The notes under the pieces: model-generated
What the model was told of the DNA's origin: nothing
What the model saw: the letters and a program-made list of their open reading frames with translations, nothing else
Databases searched by the model: none
Program-made: the position numbers and the translations under genes
Part shown: positions 19,953 to 30,258 of the stretch, one piece after another
Layout of the letters: each line of letters opens with the position of its first letter
Numbering within the stretch: the stretch's first letter is position 1
Assembly: GCA_050251875.1 (NCBI GenBank)
Contig: JBFWMA010000003.1
Span: 64,001 to 128,000 of the forward strand
Direction: 5' to 3'
DNA length: 64,000 bases
Origin: Deferribacterales bacterium
GTDB taxonomy: Bacteria; Chrysiogenota; Deferribacteres; Deferribacterales; Geovibrionaceae

Positions 19953-21770
19953 TTATTTTCCGTTTCTTATGTTTATGTAGGAGAAGATACCGTCATAGAT
20001 ACCCTTTGCGATATCTTTGCGGTATTTGTCCGTGGCGAGGTTGTCCGCCTCCTCTTTGTTAGAGACGAAACCTGTCTCCACAAGGATAGAAGGCATTTTA
20101 GCACCCACCAGAACATAGAAGGGAGCCTGCTTCACACCCAGATTAAATCTGTTGTCATTATAGAGAGCCTTGTGGGAGCTCTTCTGAACATATGATGCCA
20201 GCTCTATTGATTCCTCCAGTTTGGAGTTCAGCATTATATCTTTCAGGATGCCCTGAAGATCAGACATGCTCTTCTGAGTGGTCTGGTTTTCAAAAGCGGC
20301 AACCTGAAGGGCTTTTTTGTCGTTGGTAACGTTCAGGACGAATGTCTCCACGCCTCTGGCGTTTTTGTTGGGGGCGGCGTTCACATGGACAGAGATGAAA
20401 AGGTCAGCCTTCTTCCTGTTGGCAAACGCTGTGCGCTCCTCCAGAGGGATGAACACGTCTTTATTTCGGGTCATATATACGTTTATGTCCGGATTGTTAT
20501 CTTTTATCATTTTGGCGAGCTCCAGACCAATATCCAGAACCACGTCCTTCTCCTGAATGCCGTAATATGTGGCTCCGGGGTCTTTTCCGCCGTGTCCGGG
20601 GTCGATAACCACGCTCTTGATCTTCAGCCCGAAAACACTCGCCAGAGTGGATGAACCGCCTGTGCCCACCTGAATTCTCGAGTTGTCAGCCGGTCTGGCG
20701 ACATCTGTCGTCTTAACAGGGTCAGCTTTCGGCGATGTGGGAACGGAAGCGCTGCTCACGTCTATCACCACTCTCTCCGGGTCTGTCATGGCAAAAACAG
20801 TAAAATCCTGAACATTATCACTGTCCAGAACAATACGGGCAACGCCCGGTCTGTTATACGCCCAGCGCAGAGAGCGCAGGAGTCCGTCTTTTATCTCTAT
20901 ATCCTGTGGTATCTCGGGGGACACCACCACTTCGTTCAGATCGATGAAAAGCCTTGGCGGCTTGCCTATGGACGGGTCGGCCTTCAGCCAGTGCTTGTCG
21001 AACGATGCTCTGCCTGACATATCAAGAACCACACGGGTATAGTCCGCTGTGGAGAAATATCTGACACGTTTCAGAGCCGCCTTGCCGTCCGGAATCTTTT
21101 CCGGTGTGTTTATATCGCCATACGCCACCTGTTTGGATGTGGCGGAGTTATCCGCTGTGTCGTCCTCTTCCTTCACCGCCGGTTTCACGGCTACAACGGG
21201 TTTGCTGTCCACCACAGGTTTCTTGCCCGTATCTCTTATGATGGGTTTCGGCTTCACCTGTGTCTTGCCGGAATCGGCGTAAACATTACTGAATCTGTTG
21301 TCGATGGCGTCCAGCCTGTCTTTCGCCTCTTTCGCCTCGTCAGATTTCGGAAATTTTGCTATCAGCTTCCGGAGCATATACTGAGCGGAGGGATAATCCT
21401 TCTGCTGCTCATATATCTTAGCCGACTGCATAAAAGCCATGGTAGCCAGCTTGGAGTCATAATTGATGGCGAGCACCTTCATGTTTCTGAGAGCTTTTAA
21501 CAGATCCTCTCTGCTGCCGAAACGGGAATAACTGCGGTAATATGTCTGGGCGCAGTAGTGCAGCGCCTCGTCAGCCATGCTGCCTCTGGGTGCGGATGCG
21601 TAAACTTTATAGAATTTATCGGCCACCAGCAGATATGATTTTCTGGTAACCCTGTCGGAATGTTCGATATAGTCAAAATCTTTCTTCGCGGAGTTGAATT
21701 CCTGAATATCATCCGCAAAGACCGTGAAAACCGAAAGTAATATGAAGAATAAAATTAAAAGTTTTTTCAT
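19953..21770 (-). CDS. N-acetylmuramoyl-L-alanine amidase (signal peptide, TPR-like, AMIN, amidase_3)
   Basis: VIDPGHGGKDPGA, LEERTAFAN, FISVHVNA, APFYVL, LVETGF; TRVVLD / PERVVID AMIN-like segments. Confidence 0.93.
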   Translation of the reverse strand: MKKLLILFFILLSVFTVFADDIQEFNSAKKDFDYIEHSDRVTRKSYLLVADKFYKVYASAPRGSMADEALHYCAQTYYRSYSRFGSREDLLKALRNMKVLAINYDSKLATMAFMQSAKIYEQQKDYPSAQYMLRKLIAKFPKSDEAKEAKDRLDAIDNRFSNVYADSGKTQVKPKPIIRDTGKKPVVDSKPVVAVKPAVKEEDDTADNSATSKQVAYGDINTPEKIPDGKAALKRVRYFSTADYTRVVLDMSGRASFDKHWLKADPSIGKPPRLFIDLNEVVVSPEIPQDIEIKDGLLRSLRWAYNRPGVARIVLDSDNVQDFTVFAMTDPERVVIDVSSASVPTSPKADPVKTTDVARPADNSRIQVGTGGSSTLASVFGLKIKSVVIDPGHGGKDPGATYYGIQEKDVVLDIGLELAKMIKDNNPDINVYMTRNKDVFIPLEERTAFANRKKADLFISVHVNAAPNKNARGVETFVLNVTNDKKALQVAAFENQTTQKSMSDLQGILKDIMLNSKLEESIELASYVQKSSHKALYNDNRFNLGVKQAPFYVLVGAKMPSILVETGFVSNKEEADNLATDKYRKDIAKGIYDGIFSYINIRNGK

Positions 21771-24575
21771 TTATAATAGTTTACCTTTAAGATATTTGCC
21801 CGTGTAGGACGTTTTGTGTCCGGCGCACTTCTCGGGTGTTCCCTCGAAGATTATCTGTCCGCCTCCGATGCCCCCTTCGGGACCCATATCTATAATGTGG
21901 TCGGCGCACTTGATAACATCGAGATTGTGCTCGATGATTATCACTGTGTTTCCGCTGTCTCTCAGTTTTAAGAAAATGCCCGTCAGCTTGTTTATATCTT
22001 CGAAATGGAGTCCTGTCGTGGGCTCATCGAAGATATAAACTGTTTTTCCCGTGGGTCTTTTCATCAGTTCTTTGGACAGTTTCACCCTCTGCGCCTCTCC
22101 GCCGGAGAGCGTTGTGGCGGGCTGTCCAAGTTTTATATACCCTAAACCGACATCTTTTAAAACAGAAAGCTTATTACTTAATTTCGGAATATTTTCGAAA
22201 AACTCAAACGCCTGATTGACGGTCATGTCCAGAACATCGGCGATATTCTTTCCTTTGTATTTTATATCCAGCGTATCCCTGTTGTAACGTTTGCCGTGGC
22301 AGGCATCGCATTTCACATACATATCCGGCAGAAAGTGCATCTCTATCTTGATGTATCCCTCGCCCTGACATGTCTCGCATCTGCCCGACTTCACATTGAA
22401 ACTGAACCGCCCTATCTTGTATCCCCTCATCTTGGCGTCCGGAGTCATGGCGAACAGCTCACGGATGTCGGAGAACAGACCTGTGTATGTGGACGGGTTC
22501 GATCTGGGCGTTCTGCCTATGGGCGACTGGTCGATGTCTATCACCTTGTCCAGATGCTCGGTACCTGTGAGACTGTCATATGTCCCCGTGCGGGAGTTGG
22601 TACCCAGCAGTGATTTTTTCAGCCCAGCCTGAAGTGTGTCCATTATCAGGGTCGATTTTCCTGATCCGGAAACACCCGTCACGCAGATCATCAGTCCCAG
22701 CGGTATTTTTACGGAAACGTTTTTCAGGTTATGCTCGCTGGCGTTTGTCAGCTCTATATATCTGCCGTCCGGTTTTTTGCGCTCTTTCGGCACTTCTATC
22801 ATGCGTCTGCCGGACAGATACATCCCCGTCAGCGATGTTTCGCTGTGGCGCAGAAGCTCCGGATGTCCGGTGAAAACCACCTCGCCGCCTTTGCGTCCGG
22901 CTCCGGGTCCCATATCCACCACATAGTCGCTGGCGTTGATGGTGTCTTCATCGTGTTCCACTACTATGACTGTGTTGCCGATATCTCGCAGATTTTTCAG
23001 CGTTTCTATCAGCATGTCGTTGTCACGTTGGTGCAGACCGATGCTGGGCTCATCCAGAACGTACAGCACTCCGGTCAGACCCGATCCTATCTGGGTGGCG
23101 AGCCTGATCCTCTGCGCCTCGCCTCCGGAGAGGGTGGCGGATTTTCTGTCCAGCGTTATATAGTTAAGACCGACATCGTTCAGAAACGACAGCCGTCTCT
23201 TTATCTCTGTGATAATCTTTTCGGCGACATCCTTGATAAACCCGCTGAATGTCAGCCCGCTGAAGAAATCCAGCGACTCTTTCACGTTCATAGCCGCTAT
23301 CTGGCTGATGTTTCTGTCGCCTATCAGAACGGAAAGACTGCTTTTCTTCAGTCTGGTTCCCTTGCACATGGGACAGTCCTGTGAAGACATAAAGCGCTTG
23401 GCGAACTCCCTGTCGGACATGGTTCCCGTGTAGAGCTTCTCTTTCAGATAGCCGCACACGCCGGTGAACTTCATCTCATATGGTATCTTCTTGTCGCCTT
23501 TGAATGTATGGAGTTTCAGCGGCTCATCCATCCCGTTCAGCAGAATCTCCTGATTCTTCGGGTCGAGCTTTCCGAACGGCTTGTTCATATCTATTCCGAA
23601 CTGTTCAGACAGAGCCACCAGAGTATTGAAAAAATGAAAATTATCAAACTGTTCCCAGGGTTTTACAGCCCCCTCACGGACACTCAGTCTGGGATCGGGA
23701 ACTATAGCGTCTATGTCGAACACCTGTTTTTCACCCAGTCCGTCACACTCGGGACACGCCCCGAACGGGTTGTTGAATGAAAAACTTCTGGGTTCCACCT
23801 CTTCTATGCTGATATCGCAGTCGGGGCAGGTGAAGTTCTGTGAATACATGCTGATGCCGTCATCTGTGGCTACTTCCACCAGACCCTCGCCCAGCTTAAG
23901 CGCTGTTTCCAGAGAGTCTGTCAGCCTGCGCTGTACTCCGTCCTTTATCTTCACTCTGTCTATCACGACAGAGATGCTGTGCTTAACGTTCTTGTCCAGC
24001 TCTATGGGCTCTTCCAGCCTCTTCTGGTCGCCGTCCACATACGCCCTTACAAATCCGTCTTTCAGCAGTTTTTCGAAGAGTTTCTTATATTCGCCCTTTT
24101 TGCCTCTGACGACAGGAGCCAGAAGCTCCACCTTAGCGTCTTCGCCCAGCGCCAGAATTCTGTCCACTATCTGCTGGACGCTGTAGCTGGTTACGGGTTT
24201 TCCGCAGGAGGGACAATGCACGCTGCCCGCTCTGGCAAAGAGCAGACGCATGTAGTCATACACTTCCGTAATGGTGCCCACTGTGGATCTGGGGTTTCTG
24301 CTGATTGATTTCTGTTCGATGCTGATGGCGGGCGACAGAAAATCTATGGAGTCCACATCGGGTTTTTCCATAAGCTCCAGAAACTGTCTGGCATAAGCGG
24401 AGAGCGACTCCACATAGCGCCTCTGTCCCTCGGCATAGAGGGTGTCGAACGCCAGCGTGGACTTTCCGGATCCGGAAACGCCGGTTATAACCACCAGTCT
24501 GTTTTTAGGAATATTCAGATCAATGTTTTTGAGATTGTGCTGTCTTGCGCCTTTTATGATTATATTGTCATTCAT
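21771..24575 (-). CDS. uvrA: Excinuclease ABC subunit A
   Basis: GARQHNLKN, two GVSGSGKS Walker A, LSGGEAQR x2, zinc fingers; start set at MNDNII (24575), overlapping the upstream stop. Confidence 0.99.
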   Translation of the reverse strand: MNDNIIIKGARQHNLKNIDLNIPKNRLVVITGVSGSGKSTLAFDTLYAEGQRRYVESLSAYARQFLELMEKPDVDSIDFLSPAISIEQKSISRNPRSTVGTITEVYDYMRLLFARAGSVHCPSCGKPVTSYSVQQIVDRILALGEDAKVELLAPVVRGKKGEYKKLFEKLLKDGFVRAYVDGDQKRLEEPIELDKNVKHSISVVIDRVKIKDGVQRRLTDSLETALKLGEGLVEVATDDGISMYSQNFTCPDCDISIEEVEPRSFSFNNPFGACPECDGLGEKQVFDIDAIVPDPRLSVREGAVKPWEQFDNFHFFNTLVALSEQFGIDMNKPFGKLDPKNQEILLNGMDEPLKLHTFKGDKKIPYEMKFTGVCGYLKEKLYTGTMSDREFAKRFMSSQDCPMCKGTRLKKSSLSVLIGDRNISQIAAMNVKESLDFFSGLTFSGFIKDVAEKIITEIKRRLSFLNDVGLNYITLDRKSATLSGGEAQRIRLATQIGSGLTGVLYVLDEPSIGLHQRDNDMLIETLKNLRDIGNTVIVVEHDEDTINASDYVVDMGPGAGRKGGEVVFTGHPELLRHSETSLTGMYLSGRRMIEVPKERKKPDGRYIELTNASEHNLKNVSVKIPLGLMICVTGVSGSGKSTLIMDTLQAGLKKSLLGTNSRTGTYDSLTGTEHLDKVIDIDQSPIGRTPRSNPSTYTGLFSDIRELFAMTPDAKMRGYKIGRFSFNVKSGRCETCQGEGYIKIEMHFLPDMYVKCDACHGKRYNRDTLDIKYKGKNIADVLDMTVNQAFEFFENIPKLSNKLSVLKDVGLGYIKLGQPATTLSGGEAQRVKLSKELMKRPTGKTVYIFDEPTTGLHFEDINKLTGIFLKLRDSGNTVIIIEHNLDVIKCADHIIDMGPEGGIGGGQIIFEGTPEKCAGHKTSYTGKYLKGKLL

Positions 24576-26112
24576 CTTGCCAGTCTTTATCTTCCAGAGA
24601 GAACATTTGAATCTGCTGGTACTTATCATCGAACAGAAATACAGCGTTCTTCTGATTTTCCCTTACGCTTATTTTTTCTCTGTAGATTTGAACGTCCAGT
24701 CCTCCGTATAGTTCACCCAAAACTTTGAATCTGGGTTTAGGGTGATGTGCTTCTTTTATCAGTTTTTTCATCTGATTGTCTACAGCTTCTATTTTACTGT
24801 CCAGCTGTTTTCTGAGCACGATGAGCTGTCTCACCTTCGGGTTTTCCAGAACCTCTTTCTTTTTCAGGTTTACCCCGCCGAGAAACTCATCTATTTTCGC
24901 TTTATTTTCCAGGAACTTATCTTTTATAGCCTTAAGCTCAGCCATCTCTCTTTCGAAGTAGAACTTCGTACCTACATTCACCAGAAAGCGTGAGTTGCCC
25001 ACTGTGCCCGCCTGAAGAACACGCACCTCTTCAAAAGCGGTCACTTCGCCGCCTGCTATTACGCCCGGCTCTTTTAAGACTTCCACACGTCCGCCGGCGC
25101 GGATGCGTGAGTTATAGGCGAATTTGGTTATCTCTATGTTTCCTCTCGCCTCTACGTTTGCGTTTTCCAGATATCCCACGAAGACATCGCCCTTCGCCTG
25201 GATCATGCCTTTGTTGTCGCCCTTGACCCCGAGCTTAATGATGATGTTTCCGCCAGCCTCCAGAAAGGCGTCCTGGCAGACACCCTCTATAAATATGTCC
25301 TTCTCCGCCTTGATGCTGAAATTGGAAAGGACATCGTTTCTGACGTATACGTTGCCGTTGAAGACAATATTTCCGGTGCTGTAGTCCACATTTCCACGGA
25401 CGCTGTAGACAGGGTTGACCTCCAGTGTGTTTCTGTTGAAGGTGACGCACCCGTCTGTCAGGGCATAGTATTCTGTGTCGTCTTTCTCCACCCTGACGCC
25501 TTCGCCGATATATATCTCTGTGTCCACGCCCGCTGTCGCCGGAATCTCCTCGTTTCGCACGGAAAGACCTCTGACGCCCGCTGTGGCTGGTTTTCTGGTT
25601 ACCAGAAGATCGCCTTCGTTAACCACTCTTATATTATCGAGATTTTTATAATCCACCCGTCCGTTCTGAAGCACTTTCGGGCTGTTTCTCACCGGCTCGA
25701 AGTTAAGAACCACCTGAGAATTTTTCCCGGCGATAGGCTCAACACCCTCCGCTACAAGAAGTTTCTCCGCCACGGCGCCCTCTTTCGACAGGCTGACCGC
25801 GTTGGCTATGGCGTCTCTGTTAATATTTACTGTAATTTTCTCACTTTGAAGCAGAGCGGCTATCTCATCAGAGCTCATCTCCACAGATGTATTGACTCCG
25901 GGGTAGACGTTGAGATATGCCTTAAGACCGCTGTCGGTAACTGTTAAAGATATGTCAGGTTTGATTTCTTTCTCTGTCAGAATTTTTGCGACAACACGAC
26001 CGTGCTCGTCTCTGGACGTAACATATTCAGAGCTTTGCAGCCCATAGCGTTCTGATAGTAGTTTAGTAAATTCCCGCTCTTCTCTACTTGTGTAATTCTT
26101 TAATAGATTCAT
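24568..26112 (-). CDS. FapA / DUF342 family protein
   Basis: [24 protein letters not shown], repeated A.G.I beta-helix motifs. Confidence 0.9.
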   Translation of the reverse strand: MNLLKNYTSREEREFTKLLSERYGLQSSEYVTSRDEHGRVVAKILTEKEIKPDISLTVTDSGLKAYLNVYPGVNTSVEMSSDEIAALLQSEKITVNINRDAIANAVSLSKEGAVAEKLLVAEGVEPIAGKNSQVVLNFEPVRNSPKVLQNGRVDYKNLDNIRVVNEGDLLVTRKPATAGVRGLSVRNEEIPATAGVDTEIYIGEGVRVEKDDTEYYALTDGCVTFNRNTLEVNPVYSVRGNVDYSTGNIVFNGNVYVRNDVLSNFSIKAEKDIFIEGVCQDAFLEAGGNIIIKLGVKGDNKGMIQAKGDVFVGYLENANVEARGNIEITKFAYNSRIRAGGRVEVLKEPGVIAGGEVTAFEEVRVLQAGTVGNSRFLVNVGTKFYFEREMAELKAIKDKFLENKAKIDEFLGGVNLKKKEVLENPKVRQLIVLRKQLDSKIEAVDNQMKKLIKEAHHPKPRFKVLGELYGGLDVQIYREKISVRENQKNAVFLFDDKYQQIQMFSLEDKDWQDE

Positions 26113-27250
26113 AATTGTATGGTATCCTTACAGTAAACTCCGTGAATACCCCTTCCTCGGAATCTACTTCTATATTTCCGCAGTGAGCCTCAACAATCAT
26201 CTTTACTATGGCAAGCCCCAGTCCTGTACCTTTTGATTTTCCGGAGGTAAAGAACGGCTGAAATAACTTTCCTATATTTTCCCTGCAGATACCCTTACCT
26301 GTGTCTCTGACTCTTATAACACAGAAATCCCCATCCTTTTCCGCTGTCAGAATAACGGTTCCTTTTTCCTGAATCGCGTCTATGGCGTTTGACACCAAGT
26401 TAAATATTACCCTGAAAATCTTAGCTCTGTCCACTTTCATTTCGAGATCGTCCAAAACGGTAACCTCAACATGAATATCCGTGTCACGGGTCATGATCCC
26501 GGCGTGTTTTCTGATCTCATTAAACAGATCGGATATTCTGAACGACTCTATATGGATGGAAACACTCTGTCTGGAAAAATCCAGAATATCCAGAGTGAGC
26601 CCGTGAATCCTTTTTACCTCGGAGAAGATAGCATCAATATAATCCTGCATCTCAGGATTAACATCCTCCATCTTCATCAGCTCCAGATAGGACGAAACAA
26701 TGTTCAGAAGATTTTTTATATCATGGGCGATGGATGAGTTCAGCATGCCGATCACACGCAGGTTCTCGCTCTTTCTCATGTCGCTGTACATGTTGAATCT
26801 GTCCACGCCCAGAGCGCACTGAGAAGCTATATATCTGGCGATCTTCACATCGTCTTCGGTGAAAAAATCGTCCTCTTTATCTGTCAGGTTAAGAACGCCC
26901 AGAATCTTGTCCGCTTTTTTCAGCGGAACGGACATGAAAGATGATGTCTGATACCCCAGAGCGTCTCTGGAGATATCCGTCTTATTCATGGTGACTTCAA
27001 CACCTGTCTTAGCCACCTTGCCCGCTATGCCGTCTCCCAGAGGTATTTTGATGGAGGCGTGCTCCACCTCGAAACCGGCGTGGGCATACATCTTCAGCAT
27101 ATCGTCCTCAATGAGCATGAGCGATATCCGCTTAACTCCCAGATATTCCTTAGCTATGTTGATAATAGCCGGAAGCAGGTTGTGAAGCTCAAACATACTG
27201 TTCATCTTTTCGGAGATCTCTACCAGGACCTCCAGAAGATCTTTTTTCAG
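26084..27250 (-). CDS. Cytoplasmic GAF-domain histidine kinase (start uncertain: ATG 27205 or CTG 27250)
   Basis: GIAGKVA, SFMSVPL GAF motifs; IAHDIKN H-box; NLVSNAIDA, DTGKGI, GTGLGL. Confidence 0.9.
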   Translation of the reverse strand: MKKDLLEVLVEISEKMNSMFELHNLLPAIINIAKEYLGVKRISLMLIEDDMLKMYAHAGFEVEHASIKIPLGDGIAGKVAKTGVEVTMNKTDISRDALGYQTSSFMSVPLKKADKILGVLNLTDKEDDFFTEDDVKIARYIASQCALGVDRFNMYSDMRKSENLRVIGMLNSSIAHDIKNLLNIVSSYLELMKMEDVNPEMQDYIDAIFSEVKRIHGLTLDILDFSRQSVSIHIESFRISDLFNEIRKHAGIMTRDTDIHVEVTVLDDLEMKVDRAKIFRVIFNLVSNAIDAIQEKGTVILTAEKDGDFCVIRVRDTGKGICRENIGKLFQPFFTSGKSKGTGLGLAIVKMIVEAHCGNIEVDSEEGVFTEFTVRIPYNYESIKELHK

Positions 27251-28272
27251 AAATACCTCAGAATGTTGTACTGCATATCACGCTGAGCGGGCAAAAAGCC
27301 TGCCTTGCGGATATTGTTATTAATCTCGTCTATGCTCATGCGGAAACCGACCCCGCAGGCCGCCACCACATTTTCCTCTATCATCAGACTTCCGAAATCG
27401 TTCCCGCCGAACCGCAAAGCAGTCTGACCGACCTTGGGTCCCTGTGTCACCCACGAAACCTGAATGTTCGGCACATTGTCCAGAAATATTCTGGAGAGCG
27501 CCAGAAGCCTCAGATATTCCACGGCGGACACGTTTTCGCCGCCCAGCTCGGTGTTGTCCGGCTGAAAAGGCCATGGGATAAAAGCGGTGAAACCGCCCGT
27601 TTTGTCCTGAAGCTGTCTTATTCTATCAAAATGTTCGACAATATGCTCGGCTTTATCATTTTTTTTGAACATCATCGTGGCGGTGGTCTTAAGACCCAGC
27701 CCGTGAGCCGTCTCCATAACGGAGAGCCAGCGGTCGGACGTTATTTTGTTCGGGCTGATCTTCTTCCTCTCGGAATCAACCAGAAGCTCTGCTCCAGCCC
27801 CGGGTATGGAATCCAGCCCGGCATGGGTGAGCCTTTTTATAACGTCTTCAACGGACATCTGCTCCAGCTTAGCCATGTGCGCTATCTCCGGAGCGGAGAA
27901 TCCGTGCACCCACACTCCCAGAGATTTGATAAAACGGAGCATATCCTCATAGAAATCCAGCCGGAGTTCCGGGTGGAGCCCGCCCTGAAGCAGTATCTGG
28001 GTGCCTCCCAGAGACTTGGTCTCCTCTATCTTCTGCCTGAGCGTATCATGGTCTATCACATATGCGCCTTCGTCTTTTTCGTCTTTGTAAAAGGCGCAGA
28101 AGGAACATTTACATGAGCAGATATTGGTATAGTTAATGTTTCTGTCGATAACGTAAGTTACAGTGTTTTCGGGGTGAAGCTCTTTACGCAGACCATCGGC
28201 GGCCAGCGCCAGCTCGTAAAGATCCGCTTCTCTATAGAGTCTTACAGCCTCGGCTGTGCTGATGCGTGTCAA
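27247..28272 (-). CDS. mqnC: Cyclic dehypoxanthinyl futalosine synthase (radical SAM)
   Basis: RNINYTNICSCKCSFCAF, QILLQGGLHP, IPGAGAE, FIPWPFQP, SWVTQG, NDFGSLMIEENVV. Confidence 0.92.
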   Translation of the reverse strand: MTRISTAEAVRLYREADLYELALAADGLRKELHPENTVTYVIDRNINYTNICSCKCSFCAFYKDEKDEGAYVIDHDTLRQKIEETKSLGGTQILLQGGLHPELRLDFYEDMLRFIKSLGVWVHGFSAPEIAHMAKLEQMSVEDVIKRLTHAGLDSIPGAGAELLVDSERKKISPNKITSDRWLSVMETAHGLGLKTTATMMFKKNDKAEHIVEHFDRIRQLQDKTGGFTAFIPWPFQPDNTELGGENVSAVEYLRLLALSRIFLDNVPNIQVSWVTQGPKVGQTALRFGGNDFGSLMIEENVVAACGVGFRMSIDEINNNIRKAGFLPAQRDMQYNILRYF

Positions 28273-28385
28273 TTTTTTACCTTTGAGATCATAATTATTT
28301 AATTTTTACATAACATCTGATTAATTGGAAGCGTTTTTTAAGTAAAAAACATTGTATAAATTCTCATACAGCAATAAAATGAGGA

Positions 28386-29159
28386 ATGTTTGACTTTTTG
28401 TATGACATCCAGCTTTTTGTCACTTTTTTCGCCGTGGTCGTGCGCATCGCCGCCATACTGAACACCGCCCCGGTGTTCGGCAGCAGCACGGTGAAACCGC
28501 ATATCCGCATGCTTCTCGCTGTGGTTATCGCTATGATATGCATCCACTCGGTGCAGAAAATACCTATAACAAATTTTAATACATTCACTCTCGTCATGAT
28601 AGTCGGCAAGGAGGTCCTGCTGGGCGCCAGCATGGGGCTGATGTCCCACTTCCTCTTCGCGGGTGTTCAGTTCGCCGGGCAGATAGTGGGAACACAGATG
28701 GGCTTCAGCGTTGTGAACGTTTTCGATCCCCAGTCGAACACTTCCGTGTCCATCATATCATCTTTTCTGAACATCGCCATGATACTGATCTTTATATCGC
28801 TGGGCGGACACCTGATGGTGATTCAGGCTATCATCGCCTCTTTCAAAACCATCCCGGTGGGCATCTTCCCCATCCACCCCGAAGGCTTGCAGTATATGGT
28901 AAAGCTGTTCTCCATGATATTCGTCACGGCGATAAAAATTACGGCTCCGGTGTTCGTCACTCTTCTTGTGCTTCAGGTGGTAATGGGTATAATAGGCAGA
29001 ATGGTTCCGCAGATAAACCTGATGATCGTGGGATTTCCCATCCAGATCGCTGTCGGGCTTTCTGTTCTGGCAGCCAGCATGAACTATTTCTATATAGTAT
29101 TCGAAAAACTTCTCCACAGATATTTCGAAGAGGTGGCAAACCTCATACGGTATCTGTGA
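28386..29159 (+). CDS. fliR: Flagellar export protein FliR
   Basis: FAGQIVGTQMGF, FDPQS, GRMVPQINLMIVGFP. Confidence 0.95.
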   Translation: MFDFLYDIQLFVTFFAVVVRIAAILNTAPVFGSSTVKPHIRMLLAVVIAMICIHSVQKIPITNFNTFTLVMIVGKEVLLGASMGLMSHFLFAGVQFAGQIVGTQMGFSVVNVFDPQSNTSVSIISSFLNIAMILIFISLGGHLMVIQAIIASFKTIPVGIFPIHPEGLQYMVKLFSMIFVTAIKITAPVFVTLLVLQVVMGIIGRMVPQINLMIVGFPIQIAVGLSVLAASMNYFYIVFEKLLHRYFEEVANLIRYL

Positions 29160-29173
29160 TACAAGGATAGATA

Positions 29174-30235
29174 ATGGCCGGACAGGACGATTCCGAAAAG
29201 ACGGAAGACCCGACGGGGAAGCGGCTTTCTGACGCCCGAAACGAGGGCAACACGCCGAAAAGCAGAGAGGTGTCCACCGCTCTTCTGCTGCTCTCTTCCG
29301 CTGTCTTTTTTAATTTTTACACTCCTTATTTCATGAAGGGACTGGGGCGCATCATGCGTGAGCTTCTCTCTCTGCCCCATTTTGAGCTGACTACCACCAA
29401 TGTATATAAACTACTGTTTTTCACCATCAGGGAATCGACATTCGTTGTCGCCCCTTTTTTTCTGATGATAGGTGTTGTGGCATACGCCTCCAATGTTATG
29501 CAGGTGGGATTCGTTTTCACCCCGAAAGCGCTCAAGCTCAGCCTGGAGAGGCTGGACCCCATCAAAGGATTCGGAAAATTCTTTAACAAAAAGAGTCTGG
29601 TGGAGCTGATGAAATCTCTTTTCAAGATTTTTGCCATCGGCTGGTTCGCCTATTACATAGTTAAAAAGAAGATGGAAGTGATAGTCGCTCTGGCGGACGC
29701 CGAGGCTATCGCCATAATGACATATCTCGGTCAGCTTATTTATGAGATCATGTGGAAGATCAGCCTTCTGGCGCTCATCCTCGCCATGATAGACTACGTC
29801 TATCAGCGTTACCAGCACAAACAGGATCTCAAGATGAGCAAGCAGGAGGTCAAGGACGAGTTCAAGCAGATGGAAGGGGATCCCCAGATCAAAGGACGCA
29901 TCAGAAAGATGCAGAGGGAGATGGCACGCCGCAGGATGATGGACGATGTGCCTAAGGCGGATGTTGTCGTCACCAACCCCACCCACTATGCTGTCGCCCT
30001 GAAATATAATCCCGGAGTGGACAGAGCCCCCGTCTGTGTGGCTAAAGGACAGCGTCTGATGGCTCTGAAGATCAGAGAGGTAGCGAAGGAGAACGGTATT
30101 CTCGTGCATGAGGATCCGCCCATTGCCAGATCACTTTTTAAAACGGTTGACATAGGTGACGAAATACCCGAAAATCTTTATAAAGCTGTGGCGGAAATTC
30201 TTTCTCTCGTTCAGAAATTCCGGAAATCCGCCTGA
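29174..30235 (+). CDS. flhB: Flagellar export switch protein FlhB
   Basis: EKTEDPTGKRL, EGDPQIK, NPTH autocleavage motif. Confidence 0.98.
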   Translation: MAGQDDSEKTEDPTGKRLSDARNEGNTPKSREVSTALLLLSSAVFFNFYTPYFMKGLGRIMRELLSLPHFELTTTNVYKLLFFTIRESTFVVAPFFLMIGVVAYASNVMQVGFVFTPKALKLSLERLDPIKGFGKFFNKKSLVELMKSLFKIFAIGWFAYYIVKKKMEVIVALADAEAIAIMTYLGQLIYEIMWKISLLALILAMIDYVYQRYQHKQDLKMSKQEVKDEFKQMEGDPQIKGRIRKMQREMARRRMMDDVPKADVVVTNPTHYAVALKYNPGVDRAPVCVAKGQRLMALKIREVAKENGILVHEDPPIARSLFKTVDIGDEIPENLYKAVAEILSLVQKFRKSA

Positions 30236-30258
30236 CGTTTATTATACATTGGTGACAG

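Noticed and set aside
28273..28385. sigma54 or sigma28 promoter upstream of fliR
   Set aside because: TTGGAAGC is not followed by GC at the -12 spacing, and no GCCGATAA-like -10 was seen
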